Origin: an uncultured bacterium
Lineage (GTDB): Bacteria > Patescibacteriota > Minisyncoccia > UBA6257 > 2-01-FULL-56-20
NCBI GenBank assembly: GCA_963768625.1
Contig: CAVYIK010000003.1
Span: forward strand, 198,715 to 262,714
Reading direction: 5' to 3'
DNA length: 64,000 nucleotides
Position numbers and translations under genes: made by a program. Below, in pieces: positions 9,643 through 20,327 of this stretch (its first letter is position 1; every line of letters begins with the position of its first letter). A model generated the notes under the pieces. That model saw nothing but the letters and a program-made list of their open reading frames with translations, ran no database searches and was not told the DNA's origin.

Positions 9643-11878
9643 AAATATCGTCATTGTTGCGCACCATTATCCCCCACATATCACGGGAGTAGGGATGGTT
9701 GCGCAAAATCATGCAAAGCGGCTCGCCGCGTTGGGGTATAACGTAACCGTTATCACAAGCGAAACAAGTCCGGAAGAAAAAAGTTATTCCGCGGACGGCG
9801 TCGACGTTGTCCGTATAAAAGCATGGAATATTTCTGAACAGTGGAGTGCACCGTTCCCTATTTTTTCCCCATCTCTTTTCCCCGCGCTCTGGAAAGCCGT
9901 GAGGCGCGCCGATGTCGTGCATATTCACGACGTCCTCTACATGAGCTCCTTTCTTGCGGCCATGTTCGCACGTTGGCAGAAAAAACCAATCGTGCTTACC
10001 CAGCACATTGCAATGATCGCACATCCAAGCAGATTCGTAGTTGTAACCGAAAAAATTGTTTATGCGACAACCGGAGCTATGATCCTTCGCTCTAGCAATT
10101 TAATTTTTACTTTTAACAGTCGCGTTGAACAATTTTTAATAAACCGGGGTGTGCCACGAGCTAAAATCACATCATTACCAAATGGCGTTGATACCGACTT
10201 ATTTCTTCCCGCCGACGAGAAGGAGAAACAAAGCATACGCCTGGAATACAAATTAGATCTTCACGAAAAAATAGTCTTGTTTGTTGGGAGATCCGTTCCG
10301 AAAAAAGGGCTCGATAAAGTTTTGGCCGCTCGTAGCAAAGAATATCAGATCGTTTGCGCCGGAGGAGAAATTCCAAAGGAAAATTATGATGACATAGTAT
10401 TTTTGGGGAAACTTGACCAAAAGACACTGGCACGCATATATCAAGCGGCCGATATTTTTTTACTACCTTCAGAAAGTGAAGGGTTCCCTCTATCAATCCA
10501 AGAAGCAATGGCATGCGGTCTACCCATTATCACCACGCTGGATGAAGGGTACAAAGATTATCAATTGGATAGAACATTAATTTATTTTATTGATCACCCG
10601 ACTGATGCGTCAGTTCGAAGCGCAATCCAAGCCATTATAAATGAGGACCAGCGCCTGGAAAATATGGGTGATTATTCCCGAAAATATGCGGTTAATAATT
10701 TCAGCTGGCCATTAGTTATTTCGCGCCTTGATAAAATTTACAATAGTTTACTGATCAAGAAAAAAATCGCAATTATATCAGATGCTGTTTATCCTTTTAA
10801 TAAAGGAGGGAAAGAAAAAAGAATTTACGACATAGCAACACGCTTGGCTACGCGAGGATATGACGTAACCATTTATTGCATGCAGTGGTGGAAGGGAGGA
10901 AGAACATTCGTGCAAGATGGTGTTACGCTCCACGCCATAAGTCCATACTATCCCCTTTACGCTGGTAATCGACGTTCGATTAAAGAAGCGATCTTCTTCG
11001 CGCTGAACTGTTTTAAGCTCATCAACAAGAAATTTGACATCATTGAGGTGGATCACATGCCGCACCTCGTTCTTTTTACGGTGAAATTTGTTTGTTTATT
11101 GAAACATAAACGAATGATTGCTGTGTGGCATGAGGTATGGGGAAAAGAATATTGGAAGCAATATCTTGGCGTCGCGGGTATTCCTGCTTACTGGATTGAA
11201 AGGGTCAGTGCAAAATTGCCCGATACGATCATCTCCGTTTCCAGTCATACGACACGCGATTTACGGAATGTTCTTAAAACGAAAAGGAGAATCGTAACAA
11301 TCCCAGACGGCCTCGACATTAAAGGTATCGCAAAGAACATTCCGGCGAAATCTGGCGCGGACATCATCTTTGCCGGCAGATTGCTTGCGCATAAAAACAT
11401 TGACGTGCTTCTCCGCGCCGTCGCCATTCTTACAAAGACACATCCAACCATATCCGCCCTTATCATAGGTGAGGGACCGGAAAGAAAAAGGCTTGAGTCG
11501 CTCGCAAGAGAGCTTAAACTGCAAGGTAATGTTTCATTCCTTGACTTTTTTGAAGACCACAATGATCTCTATCGCGTAATGCGCGCATCGCGAGTTTTTG
11601 TTTTGCCATCGACTCGCGAAGGGTTCGGCATGGTGGTCATTGAAGCTAATGCATGCGGCTTGCCGGTTGTTGCCATAGAAAACGAGCGAAATGCGGCCAA
11701 GGATCTCATCGCGAAAAATGAGAACGGTGTATTGTGCATATTAGATAAAAATAAATTAGCGGAGATGATAGAGAAAGTATTATCTATCAGAAAAAATTCT
11801 GATTTTTATTCAAAATATTCAGAGCGATATGACTGGACTCATATCATGCCAAAAATCGAAAATTTATATCTGACATGA
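9626..11878 (+). CDS. tandem GT4-GT4 fusion glycosyltransferase (about 750 aa)
   Basis: Start taken at the in-frame ATG 9626 (MERRNKNIVIVAHHYPPHITGVG). The second GT-B module begins at ..KKKIAIISDAVYPFNKGGKEKR. Both halves contain E(G/S)FG..(I/V)EA motifs. Confidence 0.8.
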   Translation: MERRNKNIVIVAHHYPPHITGVGMVAQNHAKRLAALGYNVTVITSETSPEEKSYSADGVDVVRIKAWNISEQWSAPFPIFSPSLFPALWKAVRRADVVHIHDVLYMSSFLAAMFARWQKKPIVLTQHIAMIAHPSRFVVVTEKIVYATTGAMILRSSNLIFTFNSRVEQFLINRGVPRAKITSLPNGVDTDLFLPADEKEKQSIRLEYKLDLHEKIVLFVGRSVPKKGLDKVLAARSKEYQIVCAGGEIPKENYDDIVFLGKLDQKTLARIYQAADIFLLPSESEGFPLSIQEAMACGLPIITTLDEGYKDYQLDRTLIYFIDHPTDASVRSAIQAIINEDQRLENMGDYSRKYAVNNFSWPLVISRLDKIYNSLLIKKKIAIISDAVYPFNKGGKEKRIYDIATRLATRGYDVTIYCMQWWKGGRTFVQDGVTLHAISPYYPLYAGNRRSIKEAIFFALNCFKLINKKFDIIEVDHMPHLVLFTVKFVCLLKHKRMIAVWHEVWGKEYWKQYLGVAGIPAYWIERVSAKLPDTIISVSSHTTRDLRNVLKTKRRIVTIPDGLDIKGIAKNIPAKSGADIIFAGRLLAHKNIDVLLRAVAILTKTHPTISALIIGEGPERKRLESLARELKLQGNVSFLDFFEDHNDLYRVMRASRVFVLPSTREGFGMVVIEANACGLPVVAIENERNAAKDLIAKNENGVLCILDKNKLAEMIEKVLSIRKNSDFYSKYSERYDWTHIMPKIENLYLT

Positions 11879-13023
11879 AAGAGAACTTCACTGTGGGCGA
11901 TAAAATAGTTATTGTCACCCCTTATTTTTATCCAAAAATCGGTGGAGTTGAAAATTACGTTTACAATATAGCACGGCGGTTGCATCAAGGTGGCAAATAT
12001 CACGTGAGTATTGTAACGAGCAACCACGAAACCAAGGGTTATCGAGAAGAAATTATCGATGGCATGACTGTATACCGACTTCCAGTTTGGTTTAAAATCT
12101 CGAATACACCCATCAATCTGCAATGGTATGGGTGGATGAGACGTTTTTTCACCGTCGAAAACCCAGACATCATTTGGATCCACTCGCCCGTGCCATTCAT
12201 GGCGGATATCGCCATGTTAGCAGCAAAAAAAACTCCGATTGTATTTACGTATCATTCCGGAAACATGCTCAAAGGTAAATGGCTACTTGATATTCCTATT
12301 CACTTTTACGAAAGCGTACTTCTTCGTGCGCTTTTTCGAAGAGCTGACACAATTGTATCGTATTATCCGAAATTTGCTCAGTGTGAACTTCGTCAATTCT
12401 CTCACAAGACCTATTTTATTCCACCGGGAGTAGACCGAGATCAATTTAAAGTGACTGCGTTACCACACAGAACAGAAATCGTAACCTTCGTGGGACGCAT
12501 AGAACATAATTCAGACTGGAAAGGCGTTGAACAACTTTTGCAAGCAATGGCATTGGTAATAAAGCAACGTCCACGAGCTCAGCTTGAACTCGTTGGCGGT
12601 GGAGATGCGATTGAACACTATCGCCTGCAAGCTGAAAAGTTAGGAATTGGTCAGTCTGTTTTTTTTATCGGACCAAAGACAGGCCAGGATTTGGCCGAGG
12701 CATATAAAAAAGCTTCTTTGGTGGTACTGCCATCGACATCCGACTCGGAATCATTTGGCATAGTCTTAATTGAGGCGATGGCTTCAGGAAGACCTGTAAT
12801 TGGTTCTGATATTGGAGGCATCCCCTCTGTCATCGATCATGAAAAAAATGGTTTGCTTGTTCCTCCTAAAAATCCTAAAGCGCTCGCCGAGGCGATAGAG
12901 CGAATTCTTGGAGATAGAGTCTTAGCGGTGCGCCTCGCTAATTTTGGAGAGGCAAAAGCCCAAAACTTTAGATGGGAAAACCAAACGAAAAAATATGTCA
13001 ATCTTTTCAAAACAATTATATGA
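11875..13023 (+). CDS. family 4 (GT-B) glycosyltransferase
   Basis: 382 aa with PSTSDSESFGIVLIEAMASGRPVIGSDIGG. ATGA overlap with the upstream gene. Confidence 0.85.
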   Translation: MKENFTVGDKIVIVTPYFYPKIGGVENYVYNIARRLHQGGKYHVSIVTSNHETKGYREEIIDGMTVYRLPVWFKISNTPINLQWYGWMRRFFTVENPDIIWIHSPVPFMADIAMLAAKKTPIVFTYHSGNMLKGKWLLDIPIHFYESVLLRALFRRADTIVSYYPKFAQCELRQFSHKTYFIPPGVDRDQFKVTALPHRTEIVTFVGRIEHNSDWKGVEQLLQAMALVIKQRPRAQLELVGGGDAIEHYRLQAEKLGIGQSVFFIGPKTGQDLAEAYKKASLVVLPSTSDSESFGIVLIEAMASGRPVIGSDIGGIPSVIDHEKNGLLVPPKNPKALAEAIERILGDRVLAVRLANFGEAKAQNFRWENQTKKYVNLFKTII

Positions 13024-13964
13024 AAATATCTTTGATTATAACAATAAAAAATGAGGAAGGGACAATTCTCCAGCTTCTTGATTCAATAAAGAGGCAAACA
13101 AAATTGCCAGATGAACTTATTATTGTCGATGCGAATTCCGATGATAAGACCGTAAAGATAATTAAAAAAGAAATGGCCAACTTTCCAATCCCAATTGACG
13201 TTTTAGTTCGAGAGAATGTTAATATCGCACAAGGAAGAAATGTCGCTATTACGCAAGCTCGCTACGATGTTATCGCGGTAACTGATGGTGGTTGCGTCCT
13301 CGACAAGGATTATCTAAAACACCTCGAAGAAGCTATGACAAAAGAGTCCGCAGAGGTCGTATTCGGAGCATCTCAAGCAGTCGGCAAATCGTTTGTCGGT
13401 AAATGTTTTGCTGAATTCTATAACGCTAAAGTGTCGGGCAAAAAACTTGCCGTGACCGAACTCTCTAGTCGATCGGTCATGTTTACAAAAAACGCTTGGC
13501 GAAGGGCCGGTGAATATCCCGAATGGCTAACTTTAGCCGGTGAAGATACTTTGTTTTTTGTAAATTTGCAAAAAAGTAGTAGCTGCGTCTTCTGTAAAAA
13601 TGCTTTTGTGTTTTGGATTCATAGCTATGAAAACTTAGAGAAAATATTTCGAGTACACTATAGAAATAGTATTGGGGATGGCGAGTCGGCGAGAGGAGCC
13701 GCCAAGTATACACTTCTAATATTCATATATGTTGTAGGCGTGTTGATATTCCTCACTTCAATTTTCTTAAGACAGTATTGGTTACTGTTATTGCTTATAG
13801 TTATTTCATTTTTATATTTGTCACGTAAGACACCGTCTATTTATAAACAACTTCACGACATGAGAGCTGTTTTTGTGGTGCCAGTATCTACTTTTTTCCG
13901 TGAAGCAGGATTAATAACAGGATATCTCAAGGGCGCCATAAGTAAACACGATGAGAAGAAATAA
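13020..13964 (+). CDS. family 2 glycosyltransferase with C-terminal TM helices
   Basis: Start at ATG 13020 (MKISLIITIKNEEG), an ATGA overlap with the upstream stop. Contains IIVDANSDD and a hydrophobic C-terminus. Confidence 0.8.
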   Translation: MKISLIITIKNEEGTILQLLDSIKRQTKLPDELIIVDANSDDKTVKIIKKEMANFPIPIDVLVRENVNIAQGRNVAITQARYDVIAVTDGGCVLDKDYLKHLEEAMTKESAEVVFGASQAVGKSFVGKCFAEFYNAKVSGKKLAVTELSSRSVMFTKNAWRRAGEYPEWLTLAGEDTLFFVNLQKSSSCVFCKNAFVFWIHSYENLEKIFRVHYRNSIGDGESARGAAKYTLLIFIYVVGVLIFLTSIFLRQYWLLLLLIVISFLYLSRKTPSIYKQLHDMRAVFVVPVSTFFREAGLITGYLKGAISKHDEKK

Positions 13965-13976
13965 ACTTTTAGAAAC

Positions 13977-15108
13977 ATGAATATTATTCTAATCCCTTAT
14001 CTGCCCTCAGCCGTAAGGGCGCGTCCTATGGCGAAATATTTCATTAAATCCGGAGATGGCGTGCATATGATTGTATGGGATATGCCGTATCCGATAACTT
14101 TCAAGAATATTTGGAGTAATATAGGGAATTCCTGGAAATATAAAACGTATGTCGAGGAAGGCGTTACGATACATAAAATTAGCGCCTACCCTTCTTTTCC
14201 CGCCGGTAAATAAAATTCTCTTTAAAAATCAGATCCGTAGCATATTCAAAAAATTTAATATTGACGTTATTATTTCCGAAACATATTTCAACGAAACTGA
14301 ACCACCGCTAGATTTACCGATTTTCTATGATATGTCCGACGATCATGACGCTTTCGCGGAAATTTATGGTTCAAAAATATATAAATTCGCCTGGGAAATC
14401 TTAGGGGTTAAGAAGACCATCAAAAATCAGATATGTAAAAGCATAGCCGTAATTGCCGTTTCTGATAATTTAGTTGAATACGCTAAGCAGTATAGATCAA
14501 ATGCAATATTTAAAATTACTAATGGAGTCGAAGATTGGGTCATTCATGAGGACTACGCAGAAGGTAAGAAGTACTCTTTGGTTTACGTAACAAATTTTGG
14601 AAAATGGTCAGAAGTGAAGCAGCTTCTATTCGTGGTTAACGAACTAAAAATTGAATATCCCGATATTCAATTAGCTTTAATTGGAGACGGTTCAGAGATC
14701 CCTGAGGCTAAAAGAACCACCAGAGAATTAGATTTAGAAAGGAATGTTAAATTCTTGGGAAAAATCAGCAACAGGAAGGAACTTTTTAAAGAAATAAATA
14801 AATATGAGGTTTGCTTGAATATTTCTGAAAAAAACAGCTTCAGGGACTCCGCAAGCCCGATGAAGGTTTTTGAATATTCTGCACTAGGCAAAAAAATTGT
14901 TTCTACCAATTTACAAGAAGTAGAAAAGCTTAATTTTCCAAATATATTTTTTTATGAAAAAGATGAGGGCAACAAAAATTTAACAAGCGCTATTAAGAAG
15001 GCTTTTAGAACAGAAATTGATGCCCATGAAACGAAGAATATGGTCGCACCTTATAATTGGGAAGTGATCATTCAAAAGATTAAAAAAATAATTTCCGAAC
15101 AGATATGA
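13977..15108 (+). pseudogene. GT4-like glycosyltransferase interrupted by one frameshift near 14170-14215
   Basis: The N-terminal 78-aa ORF (MNIILIPYLPS...GVTIHKIS) continues in the next frame (..LFPPVNKILFKNQ...), which carries the GT-B C-terminal half. Confidence 0.6.
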
Positions 15109-18100
15109 CCAAGCAAAAAATCCCCCTTATCAGCGTTGTTATATGCAGTTTCAACGGCGGTAAACATATTCAAAAGTGCCTAAAAAGCTTAGCGGAGCAG
15201 ACATACCCAAAAAAGCTCTACGAAGTGATTGTGGTCGACGACGGATCGACCGATAACACGGGTCAAATTGCGAAAGAACAAGGCGCAAATGTTATCCGAC
15301 ATGAAATTAATCTAGGCATTCCCGTCGCTCGCAATGCGGGCTTTGTTGCGGCGAAAGGAGAAATAATCGCCTACATTGACGACGACTGCGTTGCCGATTC
15401 CCAATGGTTGGAAAAGCTGATTCAACCGTTTAATGATTCAAGCATTATAGCTGCTGGTGGGAAAATTTTACCATTAAAAATTAATCGCTTCGCCGAGCGT
15501 TATATGGCCGCGGTTGGATATGGCAATCCCGCACCGCTCGAATTCGGGCAAAGCAAAAATCCTATTTGGCGATTTTGGATCTATCTCAAGAGCATGTTCC
15601 GGCCTATTGCTGATATTAAAGAACCGACTGAGGTGCAAGCGGTTTTCACGGCGAATGTAGCTTATCGCACATCAGCGTTAAAGGGAATTGGCGGTTTTGA
15701 TACGACGCTATTGTCAGATGAAGATATCGACGCTTCATCGCGGCTCCGAAAAGCCGGCGGTCGAATTATGTTCATCCCCGACGCAATCGTTAGGCATTGT
15801 CATCATGAACGCCTCAGCAAATTTATTAAGCAGACATACGTGCGCGGCGAGAATACGTTACGTTATTACTCCAAAGAAAAGAAAGTGCCCCCGCTGTTTC
15901 CGCTACCGTTTTTATATGTCGGACTAATCATCGCCTGCGGTATTATTCGGCCGGTTGCGGGAGTTGCTATTATTCTTTTTGGGCCATTTATTTTGTATAG
16001 CTGGTGGATCACGCGCGCGATCGGCACGAATAGTTTTGAATATTTAATGTATGGCTATATCCAAATAACGCTTGAAATAAGCGCTATTTTAGGATTAATC
16101 AGGGGATTTTTGAAAAGGAGATCCCCAGTGGAATTAGAGGAGGCTCCGGTTCAGCAAGAGCCATTAATATTCACGATTCGACACATTCTCACCACTACTT
16201 TTGCAGCAACGGTCGTTGTGAATCTCGCGGTTCTGTATCGCTACGCAGTGCCATTCGTTACTACACCCATAATCCTCCTTGGTATGTTATTTATCCCAGG
16301 ATTTCTGCTTGCATTGCTTTTTAAAATTAAGCTGCAGTCAAGGAGCGATTTTGCGACATATGCCTTTGGCCTCGGGCTCGCATTCTGGATTTTTGGCGGC
16401 CTTGCAGTTAACTGGATTTTTCCACTGATGGGAATCTCTGCACCCCTCCGCCTCGCCCCACTTCTTTTATTTTTCAATGATAGCATCGCAATCATGGCAG
16501 TATGGGTTTGGTTCAAGAATAGCACGACTCAATGGACCATTACGCGAACATCGTTCAACGTTGCCGAACGTTGGTTAACCTTTGTGGCGCCAATTCTACT
16601 CGTGATGAGCTTAGTTGGTTCGGAGATTTTAAATAACCTTGGCAGTGGAGCTATGACCTTCGCTATGATCGCTGGGATTGGAATTTATATATTCGCGCTC
16701 GCTATCATAAAAAAACCAGTTCGAGACGGCATATACGCTTGGAGCATGTGGTGTCTTGGCTCTGCCCTACTTTTGATGTATTCGATGAGAAGCTGGCATC
16801 TTTTGGGATGGGATATAAACGCGGAGTATCAGGTTTTTCAGCTTGCGCTTCAAAAAGGGCTGTGGAACATAGGCACGTCTGCCTCCGCTTACAATGCTTG
16901 CCTTAGTATTACTATCCTTCCCACCATACTTGCAAATTTTTTGCCGATTTCTCCGGAATATATTTTTAAACTTATCATGCAACTCCTTTTCGGTATGATG
17001 CCCGTGATGGTCTTTTTACTTTCCCGCCGCTTCATTTCTAAAGTTGGAGCGGCATTAGCCGGATTTATCTTCATGTCCCAACTTTGGTTTTATGAACAGA
17101 TGACCGCGCTCATCCGACAGGAAATTGCCTTCTTGTTTCTCGGTATCGCGCTTCTGGTAATTTTCGATGCCCTTCTATCACGGCGAAGGCAGGTAATATT
17201 ATTTTTGATAGCCTCTTGCGGGCTCATCCTGTCCCATTATTCTACGGCATATGTCTGGTTGGCGATGTTTTTTTTAACCCTAATCTTTTCCACTTTAGCC
17301 CGTTTTTTCATACCAACCCTCAAGGCCTCGCCCAAAAAGTTTACTTGGATACTATTCCTCATTTCGCTTATTTGTATTTTTTGTTGGGAAGCCGTAGTCA
17401 CGCAAAGTGGAAATAATTTCACTAAATTCGCTAAGAGTAGCATTGGTGACGTCGAACAGGCCTTTTCGCCCAATGTTATTGAGGATGGGATTTCGCAAAT
17501 TTTCTTTTCAGCTCCCAACACTAATACAGATGAGAACCTCAAACAAGAAATGGTCATAACTACGACGGCATTCCAAGCTGAGGGCGGTTTATATCCATCA
17601 TCAACCTATAGCAATTATAACCCGAAAGTAATCAACGGTGATCTGATTTGGCCATCGCTAGTGCCCAGTTCTGTTAGTAATTTTGTTTTATTGATTTCAA
17701 AAATCAGCAAGTTTCTCGTCATTGACGTATTCGCTTTGCTTGGAACTTTATTTTTAGCATGGAAGGCATGGAGGAGGCAAAAAACGATACATCATGAATA
17801 TATTGCCTTTTGCTTGGCATCTTTCCCGCTTATTTTTCTCATGATCTTTTTGCCAATCCTCTCAGTCAATTACAATCTCACGCGCCTGTTTATGCAAATA
17901 TTTATAGTTCTTTCAGCTATGGCTATAATGGGCGGGTTAACCTTTTTTAGTTTTTTGCCAAGGTGGCGTATTATTATTTTGGCCTTACTAACCGTAATTC
18001 TTTTCTTCTATTCTATTGGTTTTACCGCACGTTTTTTTGGCGGCCTTGCACACGTCACGCTCAATGAACCTAATGGCACTTTCGACAATTATTATGTCTA

Positions 18101-18407
18101 TGACGGTGAGGTTTATTCAGCACAGTGGCTCAAGGCGAACTACAATGGACAATCACTAGTTTACGCAGATGCACTTGCCACTCTCCGGCTTCGTTCCTAT
18201 GCCTTGATGAATACAGATTTTACCACCATTTTCCCCGCGATCATTACCAGGGACAGCTATGTATACATGAGTTACGATAATATTCATCGAGGAGCGGCAT
18301 ATGTCGAATACAATAACAATCTTATTAACTATAGCTACCCAATTCAATTTCTCGGAAATAACAAAAATTTGATCTATAACGACGGTGACTCTGAAATCTT
18401 TAAATGA
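15105..18407 (+). CDS. GT2 domain fused to a large polytopic membrane domain (1100 aa); possible polymerase or membrane GT
   Basis: The N-terminal roughly 330 aa are GT2 (VVICSFNG, VVDDGSTD, DDDC). This is followed by more than 15 predicted hydrophobic helices and a soluble C-terminal tail. ATGA overlaps occur at both ends. Confidence 0.8.
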   Translation: MTKQKIPLISVVICSFNGGKHIQKCLKSLAEQTYPKKLYEVIVVDDGSTDNTGQIAKEQGANVIRHEINLGIPVARNAGFVAAKGEIIAYIDDDCVADSQWLEKLIQPFNDSSIIAAGGKILPLKINRFAERYMAAVGYGNPAPLEFGQSKNPIWRFWIYLKSMFRPIADIKEPTEVQAVFTANVAYRTSALKGIGGFDTTLLSDEDIDASSRLRKAGGRIMFIPDAIVRHCHHERLSKFIKQTYVRGENTLRYYSKEKKVPPLFPLPFLYVGLIIACGIIRPVAGVAIILFGPFILYSWWITRAIGTNSFEYLMYGYIQITLEISAILGLIRGFLKRRSPVELEEAPVQQEPLIFTIRHILTTTFAATVVVNLAVLYRYAVPFVTTPIILLGMLFIPGFLLALLFKIKLQSRSDFATYAFGLGLAFWIFGGLAVNWIFPLMGISAPLRLAPLLLFFNDSIAIMAVWVWFKNSTTQWTITRTSFNVAERWLTFVAPILLVMSLVGSEILNNLGSGAMTFAMIAGIGIYIFALAIIKKPVRDGIYAWSMWCLGSALLLMYSMRSWHLLGWDINAEYQVFQLALQKGLWNIGTSASAYNACLSITILPTILANFLPISPEYIFKLIMQLLFGMMPVMVFLLSRRFISKVGAALAGFIFMSQLWFYEQMTALIRQEIAFLFLGIALLVIFDALLSRRRQVILFLIASCGLILSHYSTAYVWLAMFFLTLIFSTLARFFIPTLKASPKKFTWILFLISLICIFCWEAVVTQSGNNFTKFAKSSIGDVEQAFSPNVIEDGISQIFFSAPNTNTDENLKQEMVITTTAFQAEGGLYPSSTYSNYNPKVINGDLIWPSLVPSSVSNFVLLISKISKFLVIDVFALLGTLFLAWKAWRRQKTIHHEYIAFCLASFPLIFLMIFLPILSVNYNLTRLFMQIFIVLSAMAIMGGLTFFSFLPRWRIIILALLTVILFFYSIGFTARFFGGLAHVTLNEPNGTFDNYYVYDGEVYSAQWLKANYNGQSLVYADALATLRLRSYALMNTDFTTIFPAIITRDSYVYMSYDNIHRGAAYVEYNNNLINYSYPIQFLGNNKNLIYNDGDSEIFK

Positions 18408-19288
18408 AACCGACGATATCCATCATAATAATAGTAAAGAATGATCGGGGCATCGCTGATACACTCGCGGGTTTGGCGACTCAGAAAAGACCTGTTCCAA
18501 CCGAAATAATTGTGGTTGATGCTTCAGAACCATCATTGATGGCCGGTATTCGCAAACAATATCCAGATGTTCATTGGTATCAATTTGTGCCAATTATACC
18601 AAATAAGACTTCTATTCCAGAGCAACGCAATTTTGGCATTCGGCATGCCGAAGGTGAAATCATTGTTTTCATTGATGCGAACTGCGTACCATCGGAAAAT
18701 TGGCTTGTTGAACTTACAAAGCCTATCCTTGATGGTAGCGAGACCATGACCGCTGGATCGGTCCGTGCTTCCAACCCCAAAACACGAGTTAACCTCAATC
18801 CAGTTGATATGAAAAGTGACTATCTTTCATCAAGTCCGACAATTAATCTTGCTTTCAAAAAAAATCTTTTGGATAAAGTGGGTGAATTTGATGAATCATT
18901 TTTGTTTGGATCGGATGTTGATTTCACTTGGCGGTGCAGAGCGCTTGGTAATAAAATCCGTTTTGTTCGCCAGGCCACGGTAACACATGATTGGGGAGAT
19001 TTTAAAGACGAGATCAAGCGAAGTTTTAAATATGGTAGAGCTCGGGCAAAGCTTCTTATTAAGCATCCTGAACGACGCTACGAAGATCTACTCGGAGATA
19101 GTCTTGCTATACCTGTTTACACTTTGTATTTTATCGGCCTGCCATTGACTATGATTGTTTGGTGGTATCCTTTCACCATTTTAGTCCTTATGGCTAAAAA
19201 TATCGGTCAGCAACCGATTAAGACTGTCTTTCTCAACTCGGCGTACACACTCGGTTTTATTAAAGGAATACTCATGAGGACTCCCTAA
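18404..19288 (+). CDS. family 2 glycosyltransferase
   Basis: 294 aa with ISIIIIVKNDRG, VVDASEP and FIDANC motifs, plus a C-terminal TM segment. Confidence 0.8.
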   Translation: MKPTISIIIIVKNDRGIADTLAGLATQKRPVPTEIIVVDASEPSLMAGIRKQYPDVHWYQFVPIIPNKTSIPEQRNFGIRHAEGEIIVFIDANCVPSENWLVELTKPILDGSETMTAGSVRASNPKTRVNLNPVDMKSDYLSSSPTINLAFKKNLLDKVGEFDESFLFGSDVDFTWRCRALGNKIRFVRQATVTHDWGDFKDEIKRSFKYGRARAKLLIKHPERRYEDLLGDSLAIPVYTLYFIGLPLTMIVWWYPFTILVLMAKNIGQQPIKTVFLNSAYTLGFIKGILMRTP

Positions 19289-19298
19289 TATATGAATC

Positions 19299-20327
19299 AT
19301 GAAAATACTCGTTTTCCCAAAAGATAAAAATCCCTATCAAGAATTGCTTTATACAGAGATGCGAAAGCGAGGAGATGTCGTAAATTATTTATCCTACTCT
19401 ACTTCGAGTGCAACGATTAATTCTCTGACCTTGATTCCAAGAATAATTTTCTGTCGATTGCAAGGCTATACTATTTTTCATCTACACTGGATATATGCTT
19501 TTTCGCCGCGAGCCAGAGTTTGGCGGATGAAATTATTTAATAATTTGGCTTATCTGCATTATCTTTTTTGCTTAAAGATAGTTAAACTTTTGAATTATAA
19601 ATTGGTCTGGACGGCGCACAATGCTTTGCCGCACGAATCCCTTTTTTCCAATGATATTGTGGCCCGCCGAAAATTAATTGGGAGCGCCGACCTCGTTATC
19701 GCACATTCTGCCGCAACCATTGAAGAGCTGAAGAAAATCGGCGCAGAGCCGAAACGACTTATAATCATCCCCCATGGAAGTTATATCGGGATCTATCCAA
19801 ACACTATCACTCGCAATGCGGCACGAGAAAAACTTGGTCTCCAGCCAGACGTATTCGTTTATTTATACCTTGGTCAGGTTCGAGAATATAAGGGTGTTGA
19901 TAATTTATTAGATGCATACGAAAAAATGAGAACCGAAGAGAGCGCGCTCATCATCGCGGGTGAGGGTTCAAAAATAGGGCATGTCAATGATAATGAGCTC
20001 CAAATCTATTTCAATGCGGCGGATGTCGTTGTTCTTCCTTTTAAGAAAATAACAACGTCAGGTTCGGCACTGTTGGCATTTTCATTTGGTAAAGCGGTGA
20101 TCGTCCCTCGCCTGGGAGACCTCGCTAACTTACCTCATGAGATAGCATATAAATATTCCCCCGACGAAAGTGACGGCTTGGTCAATGCGATGAAGCAAGC
20201 AAAAAATAACGTTGAAATACTTCACAAAAAATCCAGGGCGGCCCTAGAATATGCAAAGCAGTTAAGCTGGCCTTCTATTGCAAAACAGACGCACGATGCT
20301 ATGCGGGAACTTTTCTCAGATCGATGA
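19299..20327 (+). CDS. GT-B (GT4-like) glycosyltransferase
   Basis: 342 aa. The C-terminal half has ..ADVVVLPFKKITTSGSALLAFSFGKAVIVP. Last plus-strand gene of the operon. Confidence 0.65.
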   Translation: MKILVFPKDKNPYQELLYTEMRKRGDVVNYLSYSTSSATINSLTLIPRIIFCRLQGYTIFHLHWIYAFSPRARVWRMKLFNNLAYLHYLFCLKIVKLLNYKLVWTAHNALPHESLFSNDIVARRKLIGSADLVIAHSAATIEELKKIGAEPKRLIIIPHGSYIGIYPNTITRNAAREKLGLQPDVFVYLYLGQVREYKGVDNLLDAYEKMRTEESALIIAGEGSKIGHVNDNELQIYFNAADVVVLPFKKITTSGSALLAFSFGKAVIVPRLGDLANLPHEIAYKYSPDESDGLVNAMKQAKNNVEILHKKSRAALEYAKQLSWPSIAKQTHDAMRELFSDR

